From an uncultured Acidobacteriota bacterium (GTDB lineage Bacteria; Acidobacteriota; Terriglobia; UBA7540): a stretch of 64,000 bases of DNA. Under the pieces are notes generated by a model. That model worked only from the letters and a program-made list of their open reading frames with translations. It searched no databases and was not told the origin of the DNA. Shown here piece after piece: positions 23,332 to 34,455 of the stretch. The stretch covers positions 672,001-736,000 of the forward strand of contig CAWDSK010000006.1 of assembly GCA_963804995.1 (NCBI GenBank). The letters run 5' to 3'. The position numbers and the translations under genes were made by a program. Every line of letters starts with the position of its first letter. The first letter of the stretch is position 1.

Positions 23332-25099
23332 CCAAGCGTACGAAGAAGTACGACATGCTCTCGTAGCGCCCCGTAAAGGACGGCTCATCGATGGCAATTT
23401 CCCATCCTTGCCAGTTTTCCCCCGGACCGTGCTTTTGGATGATTTCATCCCAGGTGACGGACGAGGCCCGCACCCAAAACCCGATGGCAAAGGGCGCAGC
23501 GCGATCGAAGTCACCGGCATTACCAAAACTCACCTCCGTCTCGGGACTGAAGTCGGCATCCTTCCCGACGATGCCATTCTCATAAACAACCTGGCCGCGC
23601 ACCTCTTTACCGTCGCGATGGTTCCCCGAGGCATCGGTCAAGTCACCGTCCAGCGGGTAGTAAGCCACCAAGCCTTTATGCGAAGGCTCGGGGACGGAGA
23701 CAAGAGCCGTCTTCTGCCACTCGTTCCGTTGCGCCAGCAGTTCCTTTTCCGGCAAGGCGGCCAACAGGCTCGCGATCTGCGTTTTCAGCGCATCGAGATG
23801 CTCTTGCTGCTCGTGCGAGGGCAGCGGCAGGACGGGCACCGCGTTCCCCGTGTAGCCATCCAAACCGCGCTCCGGAACCGTGTTGAAGAAGGCGCTGAAG
23901 CGATAGAAATCCTTCTGCTTGATGGGATCGAATTTGTGATCGTGGCAGCGCGCGCATCCCATGGTGAGGCCCATCCAGGTGGTGGCCGTGGTGCTTACGC
24001 GATCGACCACGTACTCCACGTGATACTCCTCGGGAATGGCGCCGCCTTCAAAGTTGATTTCGTGATTGCGGTTGAACGCTGACGCGATTTTCTGTTCCCG
24101 CGTGGCGTTGGGCAGCAGATCGCCGGCGATCTGCTCGATGGTAAATTCGTCGTACGGCATATTCGCATTGAACGCCTGAATGACCCAGTCGCGCCAAGCC
24201 CACATGTTGCGCAGTGGATCAATGTGGTAGCCGTGCGAATCGGCATAGCGCGCCAAATCGAGCCAGGGCATCGCCATGCGCTCACCGTAATGAGGGGAAG
24301 CCAGTAGTTGATCGACACGCTTCTCGTAAGCGTCCGGTGAATGATCGGCCAGGAATGCATCAATCTCCGCGGGCGCGGGCGGCAAACCGGTGAGATCGAA
24401 ATACAGTCGGCGCAGAAGCGCGGCCTTGTCAGCCTCGGCAGAAGGCTTCAGCCCCTCGGCTTCGAGCCGCGCCAGCACAAAGTTGTCGATGGGATTTCGT
24501 GGCCACGCCTTGTCCTTAACTTCGGGTAAGGCGGGACGCTTGGGAGGGACGAAGGACCATTGCGTTGCCCATTTGGCCCCTTGGTCAATCCACTCCTTGA
24601 TGAGCTCGATCTGCTTTGGAGTCAGCGTACGGCCGGAATAAACCGGCGGCATGCGGAAGGATTCATCCGTCGAGCTGATCTTCTGGTAAAGCTTGCTCTG
24701 CGCGGAATTTCCCGGGACGATGATGCGATAGCCACCCCGGTCAGCGAACAGACCCTCGGTTTCGTCGAGACGCATGTTGGCCATGCGCTGCTTTTCGTCC
24801 GGACCGTGACAGGTAAAACACGTGTCCGACAAGATGGGGCGAATGTCGCGGTTGAAGTCGACCGGCTTAACGGCCGTCTGCGCCGGAGCGACAGAAGTAA
24901 CAAAGGTTGTGAAAAGAAGACAAGCGATAGATGACGAGATGACAAAAGCCAAGAGCAGCCGTGTTCTCAAGCGGATTACCCCTGCGGTATGGTAGAAACA
25001 CACCCTTCCGTACCTAAACTATAGCGAAATAATGTCCCAATTCCAATGATACTTTTTGCCCGTTGTAGCGCCGACCATATGGTTTTTGAATTTATAAGT

Positions 25100-26430
25100 C
25101 AGTGCTGTCCCAAGAAAGTTGGGGCGCATCGCCGTAACTGCTTGATCGAAAAGAAGTAAGAGGTCGGGATGTTACTTTTCGATTTCAATTTTCTGCGGCT
25201 CTTTTGGCATCATTCTGTTGTGTCCCAGCCCAAGCCGGAGGCAGCAGATGAATGTTGGTCGCAGTGTTTTCTCGCAACTTTTGGATTTTCTCCCGACCTA
25301 CCAGTTCGAGATTTGCGTCGATCGCTACCAGGGCAATCGTTACGTGAAGGACTTCTCTTGTTGGGACCAGTTCCTTTGCTTGCTGTTCGCTCAACTCACT
25401 TATCGCCGCAGCTTGCGCGATATCGAAGCTTGTCTGCGCGCCCAGCCCTCCAAACTTTATCATATGGGTTTTCGCGGACAAGTTTCGCGCAACACGCTGG
25501 CGCACGCCAACGAGGTTCGCGACTGGCGCATCTACCGCGACTTCGCGCAAGCGTTGATTCACCTCGCGCGCGATCTTTACCGCGAGGAATCTTTCGGCGT
25601 GGACTTGTCCGAGACCGTGTATGCCTTCGACTCGACCACCATCGATTTGTGCTTGTCGCTCTTCCCTTGGGGAAAGTTCCGCCGGCACAAAAGTGCGGTC
25701 AAACTACATACCCTGTTGGACGTGCGCGGCAGCATTCCGACCAGTGTTTATGTGACCGGCGGGCAGGTGCACGATGTCAACCTTCTCAACGAACTGTTCC
25801 TGGAACCGGGAGCGCTTTACTTGCTCGACCGCGGTTATGTGGACTTCGCGCGTCTCTATCTGTTCACGCAAGCCTGCGCCTTTTTCGTTACGCGCGCCAA
25901 AAAGAACTTGCAGTTCTACCTGCGCACCTCGCGCCCGGTCGATCGCTCCAGCGGCCTGCGCTGCGACCAAATCATTCGCCTCACCGGCATCCGCACGGCG
26001 CAACGCTATCCCGATCAACTTCGTCGCATCGTCTTCTACGATGCCGAAAAAGACTCGCGGCTGACCTTCCTGACCAACAACTTTTCCCTGCTTCCCTTGC
26101 TCATCGCCCAACTCTATCGGGTACGCTGGCAGGTGGAACTGTTCTTTCGCTGGATCAAACAGCACCTCCGCATCAAGGCTTTTTACGGTACCTCCGAGAA
26201 CGCCGTGAAGACGCAAGTGTGGGTCGCCCTGGCGGCTTACGTTCTGGTAGCCATCGCCAAAAAGCAACTCGGGCTGGACATGAGTCTCTATCAAATTCTC
26301 GAAATTCTCAGTGTCACGATCTTCGAAAAAACCCCGATTTTAGAGGGTTTTTCCAACTTCAACGAGCAATCTACCGATGTCGATCCAGGTATCCAATTGA
26401 GCCTGTTCGACTTGTAATGGGACAGCACTG
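25100..26430 (+). mobile_element. IS4-family element (1331 bp)
   Basis: IR CAGTGCTGTCCCA / TGGGACAGCACTG; 9-bp TSD TTTATAAGT at 25091-25099 and 26431-26439. Confidence 0.93.
25248..26417 (+). CDS. IS4-family DDE transposase
   Basis: FDSTTIDL, LDRGYVD, YRVRWQVELFFRWIKQHL (YREK signature). Confidence 0.93.
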   Translation: MNVGRSVFSQLLDFLPTYQFEICVDRYQGNRYVKDFSCWDQFLCLLFAQLTYRRSLRDIEACLRAQPSKLYHMGFRGQVSRNTLAHANEVRDWRIYRDFAQALIHLARDLYREESFGVDLSETVYAFDSTTIDLCLSLFPWGKFRRHKSAVKLHTLLDVRGSIPTSVYVTGGQVHDVNLLNELFLEPGALYLLDRGYVDFARLYLFTQACAFFVTRAKKNLQFYLRTSRPVDRSSGLRCDQIIRLTGIRTAQRYPDQLRRIVFYDAEKDSRLTFLTNNFSLLPLLIAQLYRVRWQVELFFRWIKQHLRIKAFYGTSENAVKTQVWVALAAYVLVAIAKKQLGLDMSLYQILEILSVTIFEKTPILEGFSNFNEQSTDVDPGIQLSLFDL

Positions 26431-26464
26431 TTTATAAGTTGTAAATTGTCCTGACGCCCCGTCC

Positions 26465-26633
26465 GTGGAAGTAACCCCCTCATCCGTCCTCCTACGTCGG
26501 CCACCTTCTCCCGCCACGGCGGATCTGCGACCCCTGGGAGAAAACTGGGACCTACGGTGCCTAGCCCTCTCCGAGGGGAGAGGGTGGACCGCAGCCGGCG
26601 TCTTCATCAGCCGGGGCGGGACGGGTGAGGGGT
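26465..26633. repeat. CCCCTCA-type palindromic element (inverted copy 39821-39940; partial 601-630)
   Basis: Shared GTGGAAGTAACCCC(C)TCATCCG..CCTCCTACGTC.GCCACC and TAGCCCTCTCCGAGGGGAGAGGGTGGACCGC...GGGACGGGTGAGGGG. Confidence 0.85.
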
Positions 26634-27237
26634 CACTTGGGCGATTGAGAATTCTACAAGCTAAAAATCCAAAAACCATTAGGTCGGCATTTTCGCCTAT
26701 TGCCTCCCGGCTGACCTCCCGACCATATCGAGACAGGCCGCCATTCACAACCACTGCGGTGCATTTGAGCCCCAACGGGCGATCCAGCACAGCCCAAGCC
26801 TGCGCGAATGGCACAAGCCACATCGACGCTTGAGCCCCATAAGGGGCTGCGTGAAAACTGACAAAATCGGCATTTCCCTGAGGAGCAATCATTAAGTTAT
26901 GTTGTGGAGAAGGCGATTTTGGCGGCTATCACACAAGCTCCTGCGGGAAGGACCGAGGCGCCGCTGCGCTGCCTGCTGCCCAATTTGTTCCTGTGTGCCC
27001 CCCACACCCCCGCGCACAAAACGTGCGGGTGTGGGAGCACCCAAACATATCTTAAAAAGCAGCAAGCCTCGCGCGAACTGTATTGCTTCTCGCGGGTAAC
27101 TTCTGAGCAGAAACTTGAGGGGCGGGGGTTACACTCCGCCCCCCGGTGAGCCAATGAAGGTTCTTCACTACGTCGAGGAATCCAAACAAGAGTTTGCTTC
27201 CTACCCGATCCCCGTTGACAACAGTCTGAGCCTACTA

Positions 27238-27792
27238 TCACCTGCCCAGGAACTGCACGTGCGCGTAGGTGCCCAGCCTGACATTGAAAGCCAGATACCA
27301 ACCCACGTGGTCCGGATCGTCATAGATTACGACTTGGTCAGAGTCCCAGAGCCAATCGTTGCAGTAATCATAGTCATAGGGGGCAACGCCGAAATAGAAA
27401 CCATTAAACCAGAAACGGTCGCGGCCGCCTCCGCCCAGATGCCACACGTGGCTGCGCCCAATGCCACCTTCAAAACGCCCGTGCTCCCAGGGATGATCGA
27501 GGCGGTAGTGTTCATCGTTGGGGCCGGATTCATGTCCAACCCATTTCCCGTTGGCGTGAACATGCGGGGCTTCGGGATGCCCTTGTACGTCGCGATAACT
27601 TGGTCTTTCTGTGGCTTGATGTTCGGCGGTATGCGCGGGTGGATTACTCACCCGCGTCGGACCATGCGCCGGTATCTTTCCCTGATTGGGACCGCTACGT
27701 TCTTCACCCTTGCCCTTACCCTCGCCGTGTTGCGCGAATGCAGGAACCGAGAGTATCAACAGGACCGTGAAGACAACAGCCAGTTTTTTCAT
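27238..27792 (-). CDS. Secreted hypothetical protein (His/Gly/aromatic-rich)
   Basis: Signal peptide ending AFA; GGGAGG RBS; W/Y/D-rich C-terminal domain. Confidence 0.75.
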   Translation of the reverse strand: MKKLAVVFTVLLILSVPAFAQHGEGKGKGEERSGPNQGKIPAHGPTRVSNPPAHTAEHQATERPSYRDVQGHPEAPHVHANGKWVGHESGPNDEHYRLDHPWEHGRFEGGIGRSHVWHLGGGGRDRFWFNGFYFGVAPYDYDYCNDWLWDSDQVVIYDDPDHVGWYLAFNVRLGTYAHVQFLGR

Positions 27793-28198
27793 ATCATCCT
27801 CCCATCAAAACCTACGATTTGCTTCACACGAGAATTGGGCCTTTTTTCGATGTAGACGCGGCTTTATGTCGCCATTTGGCGAGGTAATCTCGCCGCTACA
27901 TCATCAAACCGAACGGCAGGGTAACCGCCAGCTCGAAAGTGACATAATGAGCGAGCATTGTAAGTAGCCCTGCACTTCCTTCGGACGGATTGCCCCCCCA
28001 AGGAGTTACTTCCAGGCTTTCCGCACCGGACCGCAGCCCCTGTCGACAGCCCTCGATTGTGCCCGTCTTCAATAGGTTAGCAAAGAATGAGAAAAATTGG
28101 AAATCAACAATTCCGGGCCATAATGAGGTAACTAATATTGCCGCTGCGTCGTCGTAAAAGTTGTAAAATAGGCGCAGCCGATGCAAGGGGGGTCCACC

Positions 28199-29953
28199 AT
28201 GAGATGCGATCGTTTAGGACGCGTACTCGTGGTTGTGGTCGTGGGGCTGTCGTTCCTGCCAGCAGCTCTCTTTTCCCAACAAGCTGTTTCGCACGCGCGG
28301 GTGGTGCGCCTGAGCTACGTCAGTGGCACTGTGGCCTTGAAGCGGGCCAGGGCCTCTGAGTGGACCAGCGCACTCGTGAACACACCCATCCAGGAAGGCT
28401 TCGAGCTGTCGACCGCGGCCGACAGTTTTGCGGAAGTGGAATTTGAGGATGGCGCCACGGCCCGATTGGGTGAACTCTCCAAGCTAGCCTTCACCCAACT
28501 GGCCCTGGATGCTGAGGGCAACAGGCTGACCTCCCTCACATTCGAAGAGGGTTATGCCACTTTCCATTTCGGCCCGACAGGTCGCAACCCGAATAGCGTG
28601 AAGATTGCAGACGCCACATTGACGCCTGAAGGTAGGAGCGAATTTCGTACGGATTTCCGCGAGGGTCGAATTCGTGTGGAAGTGTTCTTGGGTATGGTGG
28701 AGATTGTGACACTTCAAGGGTCTGTGAAGCTTAGTAAAGATAAGGTTCTGGAATACAACCCCAGCGCGCCAGAAAAAGCCTTCAACCTTCAGCACGGGAT
28801 CACGAGCGACGCGTGGGATAAGTGGGTAGCAGCGCGGGATGAGCAAGAGATGCGCGCCTGGAATGACCAGGGTGTGCCGTCGCAGGGTCTGAGGTATGGC
28901 TGGAGCGATCTCGATACTTATGGCGAGTGGGTCCAAATCCCCAGCTACGGTCTTGGGTGGGCCCCCTATTCGCAGGTGGGCTGGACCCCGTACAGCAACG
29001 GTATGTGGGGGATGTACCCGGGCACAGGTTGGACCTGGATTTCTGCTGACCCTTGGGGCTGGCTGCCGTATCACTGTGGGGCATGGGACTTCGACGATTC
29101 CTTTGGATGGTTTTGGCAGATGCCCATGGGCGGTTGCTTTAACTGGCAGGGCGCGCTGGTTAATTGGTATGCGGGCCCGGGATGGATTGGCTGGACGCCC
29201 CAATCACCGAGTTGGCGGCCTCACCCGCATCCTGTGACCGGCGGGCCGACACCTAGCCGGCCGCTGCCGAGTCTCCTGGGGGGACGCATGGTGACCACGG
29301 TTCCCATCAGTGCCTTCCAGAATGGGCGGGTAATCACCCCTCAGACTGTTGGCCACGTCCAAATGGGTGAGGGGATTGAGCTTGTGCACCCACCCTTGTC
29401 GCCTTCCGTGGAAGCTACGCTATCCGCAGCGCAGCTAATGTCGGGTGCGAAGCAGTCACCCCAAGGGCCATCACCGTCCCCATCAACTCGTGGCGCTGCG
29501 GCTCCGTCCAGCATCCTGATAGGTGGCAATCCGGCAAAAGAGCAGGAGATCCTCTCGGACCACCGGGGCTTCCTGGCACGTGTTAGGGGTACGGGCCCTT
29601 TGCCGCAGGCCCAGCCCTTGCGTGCGCGTGAGGGGGCGACCTTGGGTGGTCACTTCCCGGTGCATGGTAACGTGGGTGAGTTCCGCGGTGAAGCCTTCGG
29701 GCCTGCCAGTGAAGCCAGGGGTTCAGAACCCGGGCACGGATTGAGCCCCGGGCCTGCCGTCGTTTCCCACACGTCACCCGGCGGAGGCTCTTACGGCGGT
29801 GGTCACGGCGGCAGTGGCTACTCAGGTGGAGGTGGCGGCGCGGTGCACGGTGGCGGAGGCGGCGGTGGAGGTGGCGGTAGTCACAGCTCCGCAGGTGGCG
29901 GTGGAGGTGGTGGAGGATTTGGCGGCGGTGGTGGTGGCGGCGGACACCACTGA
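28199..29953 (+). CDS. FecR-domain / DUF6600-like secreted protein with Gly-rich tail
   Basis: ARVVRLSYVSG, AEVEFEDG, DLDTYGEW, WTPYSNGMW, PWGWLPYHCGAW. Confidence 0.75.
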   Translation: MRCDRLGRVLVVVVVGLSFLPAALFSQQAVSHARVVRLSYVSGTVALKRARASEWTSALVNTPIQEGFELSTAADSFAEVEFEDGATARLGELSKLAFTQLALDAEGNRLTSLTFEEGYATFHFGPTGRNPNSVKIADATLTPEGRSEFRTDFREGRIRVEVFLGMVEIVTLQGSVKLSKDKVLEYNPSAPEKAFNLQHGITSDAWDKWVAARDEQEMRAWNDQGVPSQGLRYGWSDLDTYGEWVQIPSYGLGWAPYSQVGWTPYSNGMWGMYPGTGWTWISADPWGWLPYHCGAWDFDDSFGWFWQMPMGGCFNWQGALVNWYAGPGWIGWTPQSPSWRPHPHPVTGGPTPSRPLPSLLGGRMVTTVPISAFQNGRVITPQTVGHVQMGEGIELVHPPLSPSVEATLSAAQLMSGAKQSPQGPSPSPSTRGAAAPSSILIGGNPAKEQEILSDHRGFLARVRGTGPLPQAQPLRAREGATLGGHFPVHGNVGEFRGEAFGPASEARGSEPGHGLSPGPAVVSHTSPGGGSYGGGHGGSGYSGGGGGAVHGGGGGGGGGGSHSSAGGGGGGGGFGGGGGGGGHH

Positions 29954-30131
29954 TCCACGATCCCACTGCTCCTGTTGAATGTTCATCTTTGACCTCTCAG
30001 GGGAGGCAGGTTGGCGCCCCGACCAGTCGGGGCGATTCACGTCATCAAACCGCACAAGAACCGCAGGGCTACGCTCGCCCTGCGCCAGCCGACCCAACCC
30101 TAAATCACTAAATCACCCGCAGGCCTGACCC

Positions 30132-31358
30132 TCACCAATTGGTAATCGACCCGTCAGGCCGATGCAGCATGGGAATGGGCCGCTTCGCTTCGGTGATCTC
30201 CGCCGCCAGGTGCAGCGTCTTCGTGTTGAGCCTCACGCCCAGGCCCGGACGGCGGTTCGGCCACAGTTTGCCATTGCGGAAATCGTAGCATTCCGGCAGG
30301 TGCGCGTAATTGCTGTGGCCCTCACCGGTCATTTCCATCAGCACCGGCCCGGAGAAAACCGAGCAAGCGTGCACCAGGGCGGCTTCTGAAACGGGTCCGG
30401 TGAAATGCGGGATGAGTCCCACATAATGGGTCTCGCAGAGCGCCTGGATTTTCATATACTCGGTGATGCCGCCCACGTTGGGAATCGTCACGCGCGCGTA
30501 ATCGATGAGTTGCTGTTCGATGAGCTCGTTCACGTCCCACTTGCTGCCAAATTGCTCACCCACGGCGATGGGGACTTTAACGTGCTGGCGCAATTCGCGA
30601 TAAATAGCGGGGCTTTCGGAACGTACCAGGTCTTCCGCAAAGTAGGGCTCCAGCGGCTCGATCAGCGTGCTCAGGCGCACCGCGTCGGGAAAATCGAGGC
30701 GAGTGTGATAATCGAGTGCCCAATCGCCGTCTTTGCCCACGCCCTCGCGAATCTCCACGCAATCCTCATAGGTCTTATCAACCATCTGACGCGCGCTGAA
30801 CGGTTGTCCCTCCGGCGGGTCAGACGTGGCGTGGCGATAGGCTCGGAAGCCAGCTTCGATGCAGGCGCGCGCCGTATCCTTCAAGCTGCCTCGGGAGGGA
30901 AAACCGGTGGCATAGCACTCGACGTGGTCCCGCGATGCGCCTCCCAGCAAGTCGCTCACGGGGACACCCAGGGCCTTGCCTTTGATGTCCCAAAGCGCCA
31001 TGTTGAGAGCGCCCAGCGCGTCAAGCTTCTCGCGTCCGGCTGGGTAGAAGTAACCGCGGTACATCATCTGCCAAAGGTGATCGATGCGGGATGGGTCCTC
31101 GCCAATCAGCATCGCGGCGCATTGTTCGACCGTGTCCTTCGTGCCCCCTTCGCCCACGCCCGTAATCCCCTGGTCGGTTTCAATCGTGACCATGTGGAAG
31201 CTCTGATTGAACGTGGGGCCGGAACTCGGATTCAGGTAAAAACGCACACGGGTGATTTTCATGGGTGGCGGTGCCGCGGCTTTTGCGACCGAGGGGAGAG
31301 CCGGCAACCCTGCGGCTGCCCCCACGGTTGCCAGTTGCAGAAATGATCGACGCTTCAT
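30132..31358 (-). CDS. Mandelate racemase/muconate lactonizing enzyme family (dehydratase-like), Tat
   Basis: KRRSFL, IETDQGITGVGE, ALWDIKGKALGVP, LDYH, PIAVGE, PGLGV. Confidence 0.85.
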   Translation of the reverse strand: MKRRSFLQLATVGAAAGLPALPSVAKAAAPPPMKITRVRFYLNPSSGPTFNQSFHMVTIETDQGITGVGEGGTKDTVEQCAAMLIGEDPSRIDHLWQMMYRGYFYPAGREKLDALGALNMALWDIKGKALGVPVSDLLGGASRDHVECYATGFPSRGSLKDTARACIEAGFRAYRHATSDPPEGQPFSARQMVDKTYEDCVEIREGVGKDGDWALDYHTRLDFPDAVRLSTLIEPLEPYFAEDLVRSESPAIYRELRQHVKVPIAVGEQFGSKWDVNELIEQQLIDYARVTIPNVGGITEYMKIQALCETHYVGLIPHFTGPVSEAALVHACSVFSGPVLMEMTGEGHSNYAHLPECYDFRNGKLWPNRRPGLGVRLNTKTLHLAAEITEAKRPIPMLHRPDGSITNW

Positions 31359-31790
31359 AAGCCCTCCTGTTTTTCAACTACGCGTTCGCTGCGGTCATGA
31401 TTATACGCTGCGTGCGCCATTATACAGGTTGTAGCGGCGGTCTATGACCACCGGCCGGAGTTTCTACATTTACCTACGCTGTGAATTACATGCCGGAAAC
31501 CACCCCGCCGCTATCGCGCCTCCCCTCCTGATTCAGGAGGGGAGTTCCGCGAGGCTCCCCTCCTCAGATGAGGAGGGGCGACGCCCTAGCGGCGGGGGTG
31601 GTGCTGAGCAGGAAAAGTAGAAACTCCAGGGAAGGGCGAAGCCCGATCATATCCCGAGCAGTCTCGCTAATTTGGACAACCTTGCTTCGCGAAGTGCCCC
31701 TACAACTGCCGCGACCTCCGGGGCTTTTCCGGTCATTAACTGGGAATCGAGGGCCTACGGAACAGGTTCGCGCCACGACTTGTCCGCCGC

Positions 31791-34130
31791 TTAGCGCGTC
31801 TTCCATTTCGCTGCAAGAATCGCGACTTTCTCCTCGAAAGTTAGTTCCGGCTTAGGTTTGGGTTGAGGCTTGGGTGGCCGGAGCGGCTTGGGTGGCCTGG
31901 ACGGCTCGGGTGGTTTGGGCGGGCGCTTGGGTTGCGCTCGCTCTTTGGGCGGCCGCCTGGCAGGCGGGTCTTGCAGGGCTTTGATCGACAGGGCGATACG
32001 TTTCGTCTTGGGGTCGGCACTCAGAACCTTCACCTTGACGATCTGGCCGACCTTCACAATTTCCGCGGCGTCTTTGATGTAGCGGTTAGAAAGCTCGCTG
32101 ATATGGACTAAGCCATCCTGATGGACGCCAATATCCACGAAAGCTCCGAACTTGGTGACGTTGGTGACCACGCCTTCCAGCACCAGGCCGGGTTGTACAT
32201 CGGATAGTTCGCGAACCTGCTCATTGAAGCTGGGCGCGACGAATTTATCGCGCGGATCGCGTCCCGGTTTGCGCAACTCTTCCAGGATATCGTTCAGCGT
32301 GTACGTTCCGGCCGACACGCGGTTGCGGTCCACTTTTTCCAGAAGCTCCGGGCTTTTAATCAGCTCCTCAATGGGAACGCCCAGCGATTGGGCGATCTGC
32401 TCCACGATCTGGTACGACTCCGGGTGGACGGCGGTCATATCCAGCACGTTCTCGCCGTTGCGGATGCGCAGGAACCCGGCCGCCTGTTCAAATGTTTTGG
32501 GACCGATGCCCGGCACTTTCCGTAATTGCGCGCGGGAGCGGAAACTGCCGTTTTCATTCCGGAACGTCACGATGTTGAGGGCGGTGCGTTCTGTGAGGCC
32601 GGCGACATAGCGCAACAGCGTCCACGATGAAGTATTCAGATCGACGCCCACCCGATTGACGCAGCTTTCGATCACGCTGGCGAGCGATTGGTGGAGCTGG
32701 CGCTGGTCCACATCGTGTTGATATTGGCCAACCCCAATCGATTTGGGATCGACCTTAACCAACTCGGAGAGTGGATCCTGTAACCGCCGGGCAATGGACA
32801 CAGCCCCGCGCACGGTGAGATCGAGATCGGGAAACTCCTGCCGCGCAACTTCCGAGGCGGAGTAGACGCTGGCCCCGGACTCGCTTACGGTCACGGAGAA
32901 AATGTTGTCCAGCCGCCGCTCGCGCAGGAAATCCCGCACAAAAGCGTCCGTCTCGCGGGAAGCTGTGCCGTTGCCGATGGCGATGGCGCGGACGTTGTGC
33001 TGCGCAAGCAACGTTTCCAGGGTCTTCGCGGCGGCCTCGGCCTCGCCCTTCGATCGATGCAGGTAGATGACGTCGTGGGCCAGGAATTTGCCAGTCTCGT
33101 CGATCACGGCAATCTTGCAACCCGTGCGCAGACCGGGGTCGATTCCCAACACGGAGATGGGCCCGGCCGGCGGCGCCAGAAGCAGGTTGTGGAGATTGTC
33201 GCGAAACACCTGAATCGCTTCCCCATCCGAGCGCTGCTTCACATCCATGCGGATTTCAGACTGAATCGAAGAGTCCAGTAGGCGTTGCCATGAGTCATCT
33301 ATGGCGAGTTCAAGCTGAGGCGTCCAATCGCCTGCGGCACGCAGAATACGCGTCTTCAGCAGGGAGACCGGACGCAAGGGGTCAAGCTCAATAAGGAAGT
33401 TAAGGACCCCTTCGCTCTCGCCGCGGCGAATAGCCAGCATGCGGTGCGACGGGATAGCCTTTACCGGCTCGCGGTACTCGTAATACATCTTGAACTTCTC
33501 TTGCTCGTCCACGGCGTCAGCCACCTTGTGGCAGACCACTACGCCTTCCTCAAACATCATCTGCCGCAGAGCCTTGCGCAGGTCGGCGTCCTCACTGATC
33601 ATCTCAGCCACAATATGGCGCGCGCCGTCGAGCGCTTCTTCCACATTTGCGACACCTTTTTCGGCATTCACAAAACTGCGGGCAAAGGTTTCGAGCGATT
33701 CGGCGGCGGGCTGCTGCGCCCACAAATACAGGGCGAGCGGTTCCAGGCCCTTTTCGCGCGCCATGGTGGCCTTGGTGCGGCGCTTGGGCCGGTAGGGCAG
33801 GTACAAATCCTCCAACTCGCTTTTGTCGAAGGTCGCTTCAATGCGCTTGCGGAGTTCGTCGGTGAGCTTGCCCTGCTCGGCAATGGAAGCCAGAATCGTC
33901 GCGCGCCGCGTCACCAGATCGCGGAAATATCCCACCTTTTCTTCGATGCCCCGGACCTTGACCTCGTCGAGGTTACCGGTCGTTTCTTTGCGATAGCGCG
34001 CAATGAAGGGCACCGTGCCGCCGTCATCGAGGAGTTCAATGGCCGCCACCAGGCCATGCATGGGAACGTCGAGTTCCTGGGCGATGTAAAGCAGTATGTC
34101 GATGGAGAGGATTCTGGGGTCGGTGATCAT
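31791..34130 (-). CDS. tex: Tex transcription accessory protein (S1 domain)
   Basis: TVPFIARYRKE, GIDPGLRTG, GNGTASRET, SIGVGQYQHD, FGAFVDIGVHQDGLVHIS. Confidence 0.93.
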   Translation of the reverse strand: MITDPRILSIDILLYIAQELDVPMHGLVAAIELLDDGGTVPFIARYRKETTGNLDEVKVRGIEEKVGYFRDLVTRRATILASIAEQGKLTDELRKRIEATFDKSELEDLYLPYRPKRRTKATMAREKGLEPLALYLWAQQPAAESLETFARSFVNAEKGVANVEEALDGARHIVAEMISEDADLRKALRQMMFEEGVVVCHKVADAVDEQEKFKMYYEYREPVKAIPSHRMLAIRRGESEGVLNFLIELDPLRPVSLLKTRILRAAGDWTPQLELAIDDSWQRLLDSSIQSEIRMDVKQRSDGEAIQVFRDNLHNLLLAPPAGPISVLGIDPGLRTGCKIAVIDETGKFLAHDVIYLHRSKGEAEAAAKTLETLLAQHNVRAIAIGNGTASRETDAFVRDFLRERRLDNIFSVTVSESGASVYSASEVARQEFPDLDLTVRGAVSIARRLQDPLSELVKVDPKSIGVGQYQHDVDQRQLHQSLASVIESCVNRVGVDLNTSSWTLLRYVAGLTERTALNIVTFRNENGSFRSRAQLRKVPGIGPKTFEQAAGFLRIRNGENVLDMTAVHPESYQIVEQIAQSLGVPIEELIKSPELLEKVDRNRVSAGTYTLNDILEELRKPGRDPRDKFVAPSFNEQVRELSDVQPGLVLEGVVTNVTKFGAFVDIGVHQDGLVHISELSNRYIKDAAEIVKVGQIVKVKVLSADPKTKRIALSIKALQDPPARRPPKERAQPKRPPKPPEPSRPPKPLRPPKPQPKPKPELTFEEKVAILAAKWKTR

Positions 34131-34455
34131 GGAGACTAGGGGTTCCTGGGCCGAAACGTTTCTGCAAAGGCCGGAGGATTATACCGCGAATAGCGGGTTG
34201 GCGTAGGCCTTCCAGAGCGAAGGGCGTAACCGCTGGTTGGCGCGGACCCCAATAGCGCCGGGAGCAATGGAGTTGTATACTGAGCGGCCGACTGCGGACT
34301 TCCTCTGTATAGTTCCAAGGATGAACACCTTGATCAACCCATCTGAACCTAGCGGACGTGGTAACCACCCGAATGGCCAAAAGCCGAATCTCAAAGGCGG
34401 TCTCCAGGCGCAGTAGCAGGTCTTTTGAAGGAAGCAAGAATTCACGGAGGCTCCC

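Larger units (their letters stand above)
19643..25003 (-). pseudogene. Planctomycete cytochrome c / DUF1549 / LamG / DUF1553 protein interrupted by IS1634
   Basis: DFNRDIRPILSDTCFTCHGPD, WLDLARYADSHG, CARCHDHKFDP, HPQLLDWLA, TPLQALVLMN; removing the IS plus one CCAA restores VRLASHW; start approximate. Confidence 0.9.

Noticed and set aside
27960..28070. Possible riboswitch or structured RNA between the divergent secreted-protein genes
   Set aside because: Some hairpins with GNRA-like loops on the minus strand, but no match to a family I can recognise; needs an Infernal/Rfam search
29780..29950. GGC/GGT repeat tract
   Set aside because: Encodes the Gly-rich tail of the FecR/DUF6600-like protein
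31850..31965. Short repeats at the end of tex
   Set aside because: Low-complexity Pro/Lys coding linker (RPPKP)
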